Below, one piece after another: positions 17,387 to 27,435 of a stretch of 64,000 nt of DNA. A model generated the notes under the pieces. It was not told the origin of the DNA. It did not search any database and worked only from the letters and a program-made list of their open reading frames with translations. The position numbers were made by a program, and so were the translations under genes. Source of the stretch: Pusillimonas sp. (lineage in GTDB: Bacteria > Pseudomonadota > Gammaproteobacteria > Burkholderiales > Burkholderiaceae_B); contig JBLWTG010000004.1 of the NCBI GenBank assembly GCA_048270225.1, forward strand, positions 86,452 to 150,451. Direction: 5' to 3'. Each line of letters starts with the position of its first letter. Position 1 is the stretch's first letter.

Positions 17387-18672
17387 GGCCGTTTCCCAGT
17401 GTATTGCATGCGTATGATACGCCGCCGCTTGGTGGCAATGTGGCTGTCTGGCAGACGGTTATGCAGGGTCCATGTCAACGTTGCGTCAACGCCCAGCTGG
17501 TTCAGCACGGCTTGAAGTCGCCGTTGGCATTGCGCCGCCAGGGCAGTGCTTTCCACATGCAGGCTCAGTGCCCGCGGGCCGGTCTGAATCAGCCGGTAGT
17601 CTGCGGCCAGCGGCAATACCTGCGCAAATGCACGCGACAGTACATCGGCAAACACGGTGATCAGGCGGCCGTCCGCAGCAGGCAGCCTGAGCGTGTCGTC
17701 GCAGCGTCCTTCGATGCGATCCAGGGCCAGGGCGGCGCTGCCGCAAGGGCAGTCCTGTGCGCGCCGGACCAGTATGTCGTCCAACCGATAGCGCACGATG
17801 GGCTGGGTGCTGCGCGTAAAGTCCGTGATGATGGGGACGAAGCGGTGCTCGTCTATCCATTCAGGCTCGACCTGCAGGAATGCTTCGTTCAGATGCAGGG
17901 TGCCGTACGGGCAGCTTACGGCCAGAAAGCCCTCGGTGGCCTGGTAGATTTCGCCCGGATCGCCAAAGGCCGCGGCAATCAATGCGCGGTCCTGTGGCTG
18001 CAGGACTTCGGCCACCGAGATGGCTCTGACCGGCGCCAGGTCTACTCGTCCGGACTGCTGCGCCAGCGCCAGGGCGCATAGCACCTGTGCCGGCGCAACA
18101 ACAATGGTGGGCGCATAGTCGGCAAGCAGGTCGAGCTGGCGCTCGAATGGCGCAAACAGGTCGAAGAAGGAAAACGCGAGGCAGGGATTGTGCACGGAGT
18201 TGTAAAGCCTGTTGCCCGAGCGCAGCAGCAAGGCGACCCGCTCTTTGCGCCGCAGGCCATGCGGCAGCAGCTTGGCCAGCATGGTGCCGGCCCATTGTGC
18301 CTGTTCGCGCGCACTGGTGACAAAGACGCCGCGCGATCCCGACGTGCCCGAAGACAGTCCCACGCTATAGCCATGCAGCGTGGGACTGAAGTCGCGCGAG
18401 TGTTCCGCCTGCATGGCGCAGGACAAGACCTCGTTCAATCGCAGGCCGGCGGTGTTGATCCGGTCGAAATGCTGCATCATGGTTGCCTTGTCCATCAGCG
18501 GCCATGCGGATAGGGGCTCTGACAGCCATGGCGCGAAATAGGGGCTGCGTGTCAGCACGCGCTGCCGGAAGCGCTCGAGCTGGCGCGCCTGATGGCTTTG
18601 CAGCGCGTCCCTGTCGGTGAAGTTCAGACGCCTGGCGCGCCACCATGCATGGGCGATGCGGGCCGGTCTCAT
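17383..18672 (-). CDS. Adenylate-forming enzyme, F390 synthetase/PaaK-related
   Basis: P-loop LSSGTSGSRG, EIYQATEG and RYRLDD motifs. Confidence 0.85.
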   Translation of the reverse strand: MRPARIAHAWWRARRLNFTDRDALQSHQARQLERFRQRVLTRSPYFAPWLSEPLSAWPLMDKATMMQHFDRINTAGLRLNEVLSCAMQAEHSRDFSPTLHGYSVGLSSGTSGSRGVFVTSAREQAQWAGTMLAKLLPHGLRRKERVALLLRSGNRLYNSVHNPCLAFSFFDLFAPFERQLDLLADYAPTIVVAPAQVLCALALAQQSGRVDLAPVRAISVAEVLQPQDRALIAAAFGDPGEIYQATEGFLAVSCPYGTLHLNEAFLQVEPEWIDEHRFVPIITDFTRSTQPIVRYRLDDILVRRAQDCPCGSAALALDRIEGRCDDTLRLPAADGRLITVFADVLSRAFAQVLPLAADYRLIQTGPRALSLHVESTALAAQCQRRLQAVLNQLGVDATLTWTLHNRLPDSHIATKRRRIIRMQYTGKRP

Positions 18673-19478
18673 TCGAGTTCGCCCTCATGCGTCAGGCGGA
18701 TCTGCACATGGCCGCCTTGGTGCAGCTGGTTCAGTTTGCGCAAGGTGGCAAGATAGGCGCCGGCATCGTCGGTGATGAGGCTGGCCAGGGCCGAGGGTCC
18801 GATCAGTTTGCGATAGCTGGCGGGCGACCACGCGGCATCGGACGCCAGCAGTATCCAGTGATCGCCAGCGTGAATGAATGCGCCCAGGTGGCCGGCGGCG
18901 TGTCCGGGCAGCGGTACCAGCAGCACCTGATCTTCGGCGCCGGGCAGTGCGTAGCCATGCGTGAAGGGCGCCAGCTCCGCCGGCAGGGGGCGTTGTTCGA
19001 AGGACTCCACAAACCGCAGTCGCTGTTCGACATCGGCAGGCATCAGACCGGGAATGAAACCGCGGCGCAGGGCGGCGATGCCGCGCAAGCGGCGGGTCCG
19101 GTTCCAGCCGTCTTTGGCGCAGTACAGCGCGGTGCCGGGAAAGTCGTGCAGTCCGGCGATATGGTCGCCGTGGAAATGGGAAAGAATGATGCCGTCCAGA
19201 TCGTGCGGGCGCAGTCCGATTGCCTGCAACTGGCTGGCGGCGTCTTGCGAGTTTTCGAGATGGACCGGCGTGGCCAGGCGGTACAGGGCGAACAGGCCGG
19301 CCTGGCTGTGCGTGAGAAAGTGCGAGGCGTAGCCGGTATCCCATAGCCATTTTCCCTGGCCTGCTTCAATGAGATAGGCCCTTGCAGGAAAGCGGCAGCG
19401 CTTCCAGCCCGCACCCTTGAGCGCGACGCAGGCGCGATGCGTGCAGTATCCGGTGTCAAAGGTTTTAATACTGGCCAT
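18669..19478 (-). CDS. Metallo-beta-lactamase fold hydrolase
   Basis: HxHxDH motif SHFHGDHIAG, plus GHAAGH and SDAAW. Confidence 0.9.
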   Translation of the reverse strand: MASIKTFDTGYCTHRACVALKGAGWKRCRFPARAYLIEAGQGKWLWDTGYASHFLTHSQAGLFALYRLATPVHLENSQDAASQLQAIGLRPHDLDGIILSHFHGDHIAGLHDFPGTALYCAKDGWNRTRRLRGIAALRRGFIPGLMPADVEQRLRFVESFEQRPLPAELAPFTHGYALPGAEDQVLLVPLPGHAAGHLGAFIHAGDHWILLASDAAWSPASYRKLIGPSALASLITDDAGAYLATLRKLNQLHQGGHVQIRLTHEGELE

Positions 19479-20469
19479 GCTCGTGTACCCATTGTGCAGT
19501 CTGCCGGATGCCCTCATCCATCGTATAGGCGGGCCGGTAACCCAGCGTCTCGATGGCTCTGGCATTGTCCAGGGTCATGTCGTAATTGAGCGCGCCCACG
19601 CTGTAGCGCGTATACGCCGGTTCGCGTCCGGTGAGTCCGGACCAGCACGTCATGCCGCGCGCCGCCAGGCTGGCCAGTCGGTAGGGGACGCTGCGCAGGT
19701 GTAGCGGCCGGCCAAGCTCCCGACGAAAGAGCTGGTCCAGGACCTGGCCAAGGGGGCGCGGTTCGTGATTGGTGATATTGAAAGCCTGGCCGGAGAGGTG
19801 TGCCGGGCAGCGGCTCGCCAGTTGCATAGCCAGGACGGCATTGGGGGTGAAGGTCATGTCCATGAATGCCTGGCCGCCGCGGGGCAGGGATAACTGCCCA
19901 CGACCTTGGATCATCTTCAGCACCCTGGGCATGAGGACACGGTCATGGGCGCCGAACAAGGCGCGCGGACGCAGAATGACAAACACGGTGTCGGGATGCT
20001 GGCGGGCGTAGCGGCTCAGTATTGTTTCGGCCATCGCCTTGCTGCGCACATAATCGTTGGCATAGTGTCGAGCTCGATAGTGCTCCGGCACATTTCGCTG
20101 ATGCCGGTAATCAAAATAAAGCGAAGGGGTGGATACGTGCACGAAGTGGCTGACACCGGCAGCCACGGCGGCCTGTATCAGTTTTTCGGTCGCAGTGGCA
20201 TTGATGGCTTTGAAATTGGCTGGCGCGCCCCAGGGCGCGGAGAGCGCGGCGCAATGCCAAACCGTGGTTACGCCGCGCAGGAGCGGTTTCATGTCGGCGG
20301 CGGACAGGGCGGTCAGATCGGCAGCGAAAAACTGAGCGCCTTGTTTTTTGAGGGCCTGGCCCACTTCGGTGTTTCTACCGGTGGCGCGCAAGGATGCGCC
20401 TTGGACGCACAGGATATCGACGGCATTGCGGCCCAGTCCGCTGGTGGCGCCCGTGACGAGTATCGTCAT
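19465..20469 (-). CDS. NAD-dependent epimerase/dehydratase (3-beta-HSD-like extended SDR)
   Basis: LVTGATSGLG Rossmann motif, YVRSK (YxxxK), LRPRALFG. Confidence 0.9.
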   Translation of the reverse strand: MTILVTGATSGLGRNAVDILCVQGASLRATGRNTEVGQALKKQGAQFFAADLTALSAADMKPLLRGVTTVWHCAALSAPWGAPANFKAINATATEKLIQAAVAAGVSHFVHVSTPSLYFDYRHQRNVPEHYRARHYANDYVRSKAMAETILSRYARQHPDTVFVILRPRALFGAHDRVLMPRVLKMIQGRGQLSLPRGGQAFMDMTFTPNAVLAMQLASRCPAHLSGQAFNITNHEPRPLGQVLDQLFRRELGRPLHLRSVPYRLASLAARGMTCWSGLTGREPAYTRYSVGALNYDMTLDNARAIETLGYRPAYTMDEGIRQTAQWVHEHGQY

Positions 20470-21452
20470 AGCTGTAGCACGATGCCGCCCAGTGTCAGGC
20501 CTGCGCCAGTACCGAGCAGCAGGGCGCGCGAGCCAACCGCCAGTCGCCCGCTTTGCATGGCCTCGTGCAGCGCGGTCGGCAGTGATGCGGCCACCTGATT
20601 TCCATGCAAGCGGTAGATGTCGACAATGCGCCCGGGCGCCAGGCCCAGGTGCCGGCTCAAGTGCTGCATGGCTTGCAGGCTGGCCTGGTGCGGAACGATG
20701 ACATCGATCTGCGATAGCGGGGCCTGGTTTCTGAACAGAGCCTGAATGAAGTCATCGATGACCAGCAGGGTTTGCCTGAACAGGCGGCTGCCTTCCATGT
20801 GGAACAGGAAGTCCGATGCCTGTGCGCCATTGCGTGGTGTGCAGCGTGTTCCGCCGGCATGGATCTCGCAAAGACTTTTTCCGGCGGGATAGGTTTCCAT
20901 CCGATATGCCTGGATGCCCGACGAGCCATCGCCCTGTTCAACGATGACAGCAGCTGCGCCGTCGCCGAAAATGAGCGAGCTTTCAGGGTGCGACCAGTTC
21001 ACCCCGCGCGATGCGAGGTCGGAGGCGACGATGGCGATACGCTGATAGCTGCCGGCCAGCAGCAGCGAGGCGGCGATCTGCAGGGCAGCCAGAAAGCTCA
21101 GACAGCTTGCGTTGACGTCGAAGGCGGGGGTGCCGGAGGGCAGGCCCGCAGGTTCGAGCAGGCGTGCGCCCGTGCAGGGTAAGGCCTGCTCCGGAATGGC
21201 TGCGGCCGACAGGACCAGGTCGATGGAATCGGGTGTGACATGGCTGCGGGCCATGGCGTCGCGCAGCGCCGCCGCCGCCAGTTCTGATTGCGTTTCGTGC
21301 GGCCCGGCAAGATAGCGGCAGGCGACGCCGGATATTTTTTCGGCATACCCCGCAGGCTTGCCGAGCCAGGCATCCAGCTCGGCTGACGATACCTTCCGGG
21401 CGGGCAGGGCTTTGCCGGTGGAGATGAGTTTCAGCGGTAGTATCGATTTCAT
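20466..21452 (-). CDS. 3-oxoacyl-ACP synthase III (FabH/OleA-like condensing enzyme)
   Basis: Cys-His-Asn triad in DVNASCLSF, IVPHQAS and HGNQVAAS; FGDGAAA. Confidence 0.9.
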   Translation of the reverse strand: MKSILPLKLISTGKALPARKVSSAELDAWLGKPAGYAEKISGVACRYLAGPHETQSELAAAALRDAMARSHVTPDSIDLVLSAAAIPEQALPCTGARLLEPAGLPSGTPAFDVNASCLSFLAALQIAASLLLAGSYQRIAIVASDLASRGVNWSHPESSLIFGDGAAAVIVEQGDGSSGIQAYRMETYPAGKSLCEIHAGGTRCTPRNGAQASDFLFHMEGSRLFRQTLLVIDDFIQALFRNQAPLSQIDVIVPHQASLQAMQHLSRHLGLAPGRIVDIYRLHGNQVAASLPTALHEAMQSGRLAVGSRALLLGTGAGLTLGGIVLQL

Positions 21453-21650
21453 CGTGATGCCAGGCGTCGTGATGCGCCATGTCGCAGACGCGCATCGGAC
21501 AGGCCTCGCCCTATCATCCATAGTAGGGATGAGTATAGGTCAATGAGATGCGCGCGTCGGTGTTTTGCACCTGGGTCGTGTATCACTGCTCAGCGGTGTG
21601 TTGAAAAAACTGATGAATGTTTTGCTTGCTCATTTACAATTCCCAGTCAT

Positions 21651-24593
21651 ATGCGCTTCTTCTACCTCCCTCGTGCACGCGCTTTGCTGCGGCCGCATTG
21701 CCTCCTCGCCCAATCTCCCGTAGCTTCGCGCGCCGCATGGCGCCTGCCCGCGCTGCTGATGGCGCTGTTTCTTGGCATGCCGCAGGCATTTGCCGCAACA
21801 CAGTGCACCGGCACGGCGCAGTATGGCGAACCCTCGCAGCGTCTGCTTGATCCGGCGGGATCAAGCAGGCCGAATCTGTGCATACGGGATATGCACGAGG
21901 GGCGTGCCGCCGTTCGCCTGCCGCCTGCAGGCCAGAATATTGACGATGTGGTCGCCACCCATGATCTGCAGACGCATCGCTGGGGGTTTCTCGACAGCGA
22001 TGGGCACTTGGCGATCAAGCCTGTCTTTGAGCGTGTGGAGGCGTTCCATCATGGTCTGGCTGCCGCGCGCGACGGGGATAAATGGGGCTATGTCGACAGG
22101 CAGGGCCGCTGGGCGGTGCAGCCGCGTTTCGATCTTGCCGGTGCATTCACATCGGTTGGCCTGGCTCTGGTGCGTGAGGACGAGCGCCTGTCGTTCATTG
22201 ATCGCAAGGGCGATGCCGTAGGAAGTCCTTTGAGCAGCGACGTGCAGAACGCCTACCTTGGGGATGGCAAGCCTGCGCGGCTGGCCATGGCCTACAAGAA
22301 CCAATATATATCGCCGCAGGGCAGGCATTTCTATGCGCCGCCCGATGTGCAGGTTGTGGGGATTTTCAGCGACCAGGGCCTGTTCGTCGTGTCGGACGGC
22401 CACCGTCGCTACGGCTTGATGGATGACACATGGCAATGGATTGTTCCGGCCAGATACCGTGACATCGATACGGCGGCTACGCCGGAGAGCCTGACCATTG
22501 CCGAAGGCAGTGATGAAATGGCCTTGATCGCCCCTGATGGCAAGCTTGTTGTCAGCCATGCCGACAATATTCGTGCGCTGGGCAGGGACTTCTGGCTGGT
22601 CCAGCGCGATCGCAACGATTACAGCCTGCTTGATGCGGCAGGCAAGCCTGTTCAGACTTTTGACCGCAACACGGTAGCGGATCTGCGCTTCGAGAATCCA
22701 TTCGTGCTGCAAGTTGTCAAGGAAGGGATGGTCGTCTATGCACCTGGTCACGCGCCGGTCAGCGTGCCCGGGGCAGTTGCGGGCTCGCTGCTGTCCTCGC
22801 CCGATGTCCTGGTGTTGCGCAATGCTGCGGGAACCGTGACAGGACTGGTCACATCCGATGGCGCGTATATCGATGATGCGTCGGGTGCGTATGGTCTGGC
22901 GCAGATCGATCAGGCTCGTGTCCTCGGGCAGCGCATATGGCTCTACACGAATCAGGGCACGGTGCTGAATATCATCGATCGGAAGGGACACATGCTGCTT
23001 GATCCCTCGACCGTCAAGACGCTGGCCAACTACCGCAGCGAGCCGCTCGAGCATCCGGCAACAGACGGCCCCACGCCTGCCGTGATCGCCATAGTGGAAC
23101 AGGGGCCGGGCTATTGCGGCTGCGATGCGCCGGGGGCCGGGTTGCTGCTGTCTGACGGGCGCCTGAACATTCATGCCGACTGGACGGCAGTCGCCGCGCT
23201 GTCCGGCGACGACATCGCGTCATCGTCCGGCGTTGCGCCCGCCCAGCGCTTTGCGATCACGACAGCGCAAGGGACGGCCATGGTAGGCCCCGACGGTCAG
23301 CAGATACTGCCGTTTGGTCCGGACCATATCGGTCCGTTCAAAGATGGCTATGCGCTGGTCTACAGGCAGGGCGTCCCGCACGTGCTCGATTCAGCCGGCG
23401 CGCTTGCTCCTTTGCCGGATTTTTTTGCTGCGCAGATCGCCGGGCCGGCCTTGCTGCGCTTTCGTGAAACCGCCGCCGCGGATGCGCCCTGGGGGCTGTA
23501 CGACATAACGGACAAGAAAGTGGTGCTGGCCCCTGCCTTGTCCAGTATCGGCGATTTCCAGAACGGTCTGGCGGTGGCGACCGATGCATCGGGCAAGAAA
23601 GGGGTGATTGATGCGGCCGGGCATTGGGCTATTCCCGCCGACTATGCTGCCCTGCGGCCGCTGACGCCCGACTTGTGGAAGGTTCAGGCCGACGCCGGGG
23701 CGGACGGCGATGCTCCGACGGCGATCATGGACCGCGCCGGACAGCAGATCGTGCCGTTCACGTCAGATCTGTCCATTGATGTGGCTGCGGATCACTGGGT
23801 GACTGCGCGCAAGCGTACAGGTACAGGCGGATGGTTGTTCAGGCCGGACGGCCGGCTCGTTGTTGGCGGAGACGATATCCAGCTCAGCCGCACGGGGGCA
23901 TGGATAAGCGTCTTCAAGTCGGACGCACTGGGTTACGTGAACCCGAAGGGCGGCTGGGCCATCGCGCCGACCCCGGGCGGCTGGGGCTCCGAATTTGATC
24001 AGGCTTCGGGTCACGCCCTGTGGTTTCTGGGCGAGACTTCACGCATCATCGACGGTCATGGCAAAACCGTGGCTTCGCTGCCGGGAACAGGGTGGGACTG
24101 GCCGTCCGCATCCGCTTGGGCGGTCAGACATGTTCGTGATGGCGCCCGCCAGCACACGCTCTATGCCGATGCGAGCGGACACACCGTGCTTGAGCTGGAT
24201 GGCAACGCCGGGGTTTTCGAAGCTGGTCGCGCCGTCACGCTTGCCCCGCGCGGAGTGACGTTTCGCTGGGTGGATAAACAGGGCAGGGCGGTCGGATGGT
24301 CCTCGTTCGACGATCTGGGCGTGCTCGCCGATGGGCTCGCCTACGCCCAGACGGCCGGGCTCTATGGTTTTGTGGACGACAAGGGGCGTTTCGTCATTCC
24401 GCCTGTGTACAGCGCCGTGTCGCCTTTTTCGGAGGGGCGGGCGGTCGTTTCCACGCCGCTGAGTTCAATGATGATTGATAAGCAGGGCAGGCCGCTGGCG
24501 CGTGTCGTACAGGAGTGCGGTGTCATGGTGCTGTATGACGCTGACAACAGACGCGCGTGGCCGGCAGCCATGCCGGAAGGATGCGCCGGCTAG
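21651..24593 (+). CDS. Exported WG-repeat protein (~980 aa)
   Basis: HRWGFLDSDGHLAIKPVF, KWGYVDRQGRWAVQPRF, LYGFVDDKGRFVIPPVY; signal-like segment ending QAFAA. Start uncertain. Confidence 0.85.
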   Translation: MRFFYLPRARALLRPHCLLAQSPVASRAAWRLPALLMALFLGMPQAFAATQCTGTAQYGEPSQRLLDPAGSSRPNLCIRDMHEGRAAVRLPPAGQNIDDVVATHDLQTHRWGFLDSDGHLAIKPVFERVEAFHHGLAAARDGDKWGYVDRQGRWAVQPRFDLAGAFTSVGLALVREDERLSFIDRKGDAVGSPLSSDVQNAYLGDGKPARLAMAYKNQYISPQGRHFYAPPDVQVVGIFSDQGLFVVSDGHRRYGLMDDTWQWIVPARYRDIDTAATPESLTIAEGSDEMALIAPDGKLVVSHADNIRALGRDFWLVQRDRNDYSLLDAAGKPVQTFDRNTVADLRFENPFVLQVVKEGMVVYAPGHAPVSVPGAVAGSLLSSPDVLVLRNAAGTVTGLVTSDGAYIDDASGAYGLAQIDQARVLGQRIWLYTNQGTVLNIIDRKGHMLLDPSTVKTLANYRSEPLEHPATDGPTPAVIAIVEQGPGYCGCDAPGAGLLLSDGRLNIHADWTAVAALSGDDIASSSGVAPAQRFAITTAQGTAMVGPDGQQILPFGPDHIGPFKDGYALVYRQGVPHVLDSAGALAPLPDFFAAQIAGPALLRFRETAAADAPWGLYDITDKKVVLAPALSSIGDFQNGLAVATDASGKKGVIDAAGHWAIPADYAALRPLTPDLWKVQADAGADGDAPTAIMDRAGQQIVPFTSDLSIDVAADHWVTARKRTGTGGWLFRPDGRLVVGGDDIQLSRTGAWISVFKSDALGYVNPKGGWAIAPTPGGWGSEFDQASGHALWFLGETSRIIDGHGKTVASLPGTGWDWPSASAWAVRHVRDGARQHTLYADASGHTVLELDGNAGVFEAGRAVTLAPRGVTFRWVDKQGRAVGWSSFDDLGVLADGLAYAQTAGLYGFVDDKGRFVIPPVYSAVSPFSEGRAVVSTPLSSMMIDKQGRPLARVVQECGVMVLYDADNRRAWPAAMPEGCAG

Positions 24594-24639
24594 CACGGCC
24601 TGTTAGCCGCCAGAAGTCCGTTACCTGGATAGAGGCAGA

Positions 24640-27435
24640 ATGAAAATATTACTGGAACAAATGACCCATTTGCCAAAGAAATACAGACATCCGCTGGCAG
24701 CCATAAGCATCGGCCTTTTTCTATGTGCCGCATATAGTCACGGCGCCCAGGCCGCCGGGCAATGGTTTTATGAATGCACGCAGCCGCGGCGGGTATCGTC
24801 CTGTTACCAGTCCTATCGCGAAGGTCTGGCCGCGTTGCGGACGGGGTCGAAAGACGAGAATCACCCGCTGTGGGGCTATCTGGACAAGTCCGGCAAGATG
24901 GCCATCAAACCGGCCTATGATCGCGTCCAGCCGTTCTCCAATGGCGTGGCAGCGGTGCGGCAGGGAGACTCATGGGGGTATATCGACACGCAAGGAACGT
25001 GGGTGCTGTCGCCGCGCTTTGCAGAGGCCACAGCGTTCAATCGCCAGGGTACCGCCGTGGTCCAGGCGGGGGAACTGATCGAGCTGATCGACAGACAGGG
25101 CCATGCCGTCAAGACCTTCCCGCTGGGTACGCGGCTGGGACTGGACGGGTTCACGCCTGGTAATGCGCTTGCCCCGCTTCAGGTGCCAGTGCCGCCGATG
25201 CTCTGGAATCTGCGGACCGGACGCCAGGTCAGGTTGCCGCAGGATGTCATGGATGTGGGCACACCGCAGAATGGCTGGATTCCGGCTCAGCGGCGTTTGT
25301 CGGTTTTTCGCGGACAATGGGGATACCTGAACGGCAACGCTCAATGGATCGTCAAGCCCGATGTCCTGCAATCGCAGGCGTCCCCGATTTCAGATCATAG
25401 CCTGATCGCCGTCCAGCGCGATGATCAATGGATGTTGGTGGATCTGACCGGCAAGGTGTTGTCGAGCCAGGGTTATGCCAATGTTCAATTGCTGGATCGA
25501 GGATCCTGGCTGGTCACGACGCCAGGCCGGCATGCGCAGATTCTGGATAAGCAGGCGCATGTCGTCCTGGACCTGGGTGCTGAGGGCCAGGTGAACGCGC
25601 AGCATCTGGGCGCTTGGACTGTTGCAAAAAACAAGGAGGCCGTGTTTTTGATCGGGGCGGATGCGCAGATCAAAAAATTCGACGTGACATCTCCTGACAT
25701 ATCCTTCAATGGCGACTATCTGTGGATACGCGCCATGCCCGAAGGCGCCTTCCTGAGCGCGCAGGACGATGCGCCATTGAGCCAGATCGTGGATGCCGGG
25801 GGGCACGCCCTGCTTGACAGCGAGACGCGCCAGGCGCTGACCGAATACAGCGCCTACCCTATCGTGTATAACCAGACGCCGCCCGGGGGCACGGCCGGGC
25901 AGATCCCGATAGCAAATCTCTTGCCCGCCGATTATCACAATAATTCGGCCATTCTGACACCCGCCGGCAAAATCGTCACCAACGCGCAGTGGGGAATAGT
26001 ACGCGGGGAGCAGGACGCACAGGCGCCGGTGATCGTAGAGGCCAAGGACGAACGCCGCGGCGCGATCGACGCCCAGGGCAACTGGGCTATCAAGCCCACG
26101 TTCTATCGTTTGAAATCATTTGCGGGGCCCTACACCATGGGGGTTGAAGGGCCGCTTCCGAATCTGCGGCGCGTTGTCGTGGACCAGCAGGGGCGCGAAG
26201 CAGGCGTGCCTGCCCGCATCGCGGAACATGCACAGTCGATTTCAGGCGCATTGCTCACCTTCTCATCACAGGACAAGCATGGGCAGGAGCGATGGGGAGT
26301 GTGGGATATCAAGCAGGGCAGCATGCTGGTCAAGCGCGACATGCAGCAGATCAAGGCATTTCACGGTTCCTATGCGCTGGCGCAACAAGACGATAAATGG
26401 GGCGTGCTGGACAGGCGGGGCCATTGGGCAATTACACCGCAGTTTTCCGATATGGGACCTCCCGAATTGCTGGATGAGGGGCTTTATCTGACATCGATAA
26501 CCAGGCCCTTGTGGCCCGGCGCCGAGCAAACCACCCTATATCGGCTTATCAGCGCGGCCGCCGGCAAGGAGATTGCGGGGCCGTTGCTGGAAAAACCCGT
26601 CAGACTGGCCAAGGGCCGGTTTCTGGTGCAACCCTTGTCGGGGGGCAGCGAGGTCGTTGATCGGCGCGGCAAAAAATGGATAGGCTTTGACGGCAGGCTC
26701 CAGGCCCGGGAGGTCTCGGGCGATTGGCTGGCCTTGCATTTTGAGGATGCCTATGGCGCCATTGACGGCGAGGGCGCCTGGCGCGTGCCGCCGGTTTACG
26801 ATTCGGCGCTTTCCTTCGTGCAGCCGGAGGGGCTGGCGCGCGCCTATACGGGCAGCGCTTATGTGTTGCTCAACGAACAGGGGAAGGTCTTGCCGGAGCC
26901 GGTGGGCGATGCGGCGCCTGTGGCCGGGATGCAGCGCCTGGTCTACAACGACGACGCAGACAACGAGACGATTCTGGCCGATTTGCAGGGTGAGGAGGTC
27001 GCGCGGCTCAAGGGTCAGTTTGCCATTGAGCAGGACGGCGCCGCCAATGGGCTGGCTGTCTATGGCGAAGACGGCAAATACGGATTTATCGATGAGCAGG
27101 GCAAGCGTGTGATCGGCGCATATTTCGATCAGTTGGGTCCCATGCAGGACGGCAGGGCGTACGCCGTGCGGATGCAGCAAGGCGGAGAAGCCTATGGCTT
27201 TATTGATGACAGCGGCCGTTTCGTCATCCGGCCTGAATATCAATGGGTCACGTCGTTCAGCGAAGGGCGCGCCCTGGTTATGGGCGGCGATGGGCCCCGC
27301 TTTATCGATACAGAGGGCGGCACGGTGGCCAGATTCGTCGAACGCTGCGGCCAGGTTGCCGTGCTCGATAAAAATGCGCAGCAGGTATGGCCTGAACAGG
27401 ACCTGACATGCGATAGCGGGCAGGACGCGGGCTAG
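24640..27435 (+). CDS. Exported WG-repeat protein (931 aa), paralog of upstream gene
   Basis: LWGYLDKSGKMAIKPAY, SWGYIDTQGTWVLSPRF, YGFIDDSGRFVIRPEY; signal peptide ending HGAQA. Confidence 0.85.
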   Translation: MKILLEQMTHLPKKYRHPLAAISIGLFLCAAYSHGAQAAGQWFYECTQPRRVSSCYQSYREGLAALRTGSKDENHPLWGYLDKSGKMAIKPAYDRVQPFSNGVAAVRQGDSWGYIDTQGTWVLSPRFAEATAFNRQGTAVVQAGELIELIDRQGHAVKTFPLGTRLGLDGFTPGNALAPLQVPVPPMLWNLRTGRQVRLPQDVMDVGTPQNGWIPAQRRLSVFRGQWGYLNGNAQWIVKPDVLQSQASPISDHSLIAVQRDDQWMLVDLTGKVLSSQGYANVQLLDRGSWLVTTPGRHAQILDKQAHVVLDLGAEGQVNAQHLGAWTVAKNKEAVFLIGADAQIKKFDVTSPDISFNGDYLWIRAMPEGAFLSAQDDAPLSQIVDAGGHALLDSETRQALTEYSAYPIVYNQTPPGGTAGQIPIANLLPADYHNNSAILTPAGKIVTNAQWGIVRGEQDAQAPVIVEAKDERRGAIDAQGNWAIKPTFYRLKSFAGPYTMGVEGPLPNLRRVVVDQQGREAGVPARIAEHAQSISGALLTFSSQDKHGQERWGVWDIKQGSMLVKRDMQQIKAFHGSYALAQQDDKWGVLDRRGHWAITPQFSDMGPPELLDEGLYLTSITRPLWPGAEQTTLYRLISAAAGKEIAGPLLEKPVRLAKGRFLVQPLSGGSEVVDRRGKKWIGFDGRLQAREVSGDWLALHFEDAYGAIDGEGAWRVPPVYDSALSFVQPEGLARAYTGSAYVLLNEQGKVLPEPVGDAAPVAGMQRLVYNDDADNETILADLQGEEVARLKGQFAIEQDGAANGLAVYGEDGKYGFIDEQGKRVIGAYFDQLGPMQDGRAYAVRMQQGGEAYGFIDDSGRFVIRPEYQWVTSFSEGRALVMGGDGPRFIDTEGGTVARFVERCGQVAVLDKNAQQVWPEQDLTCDSGQDAG

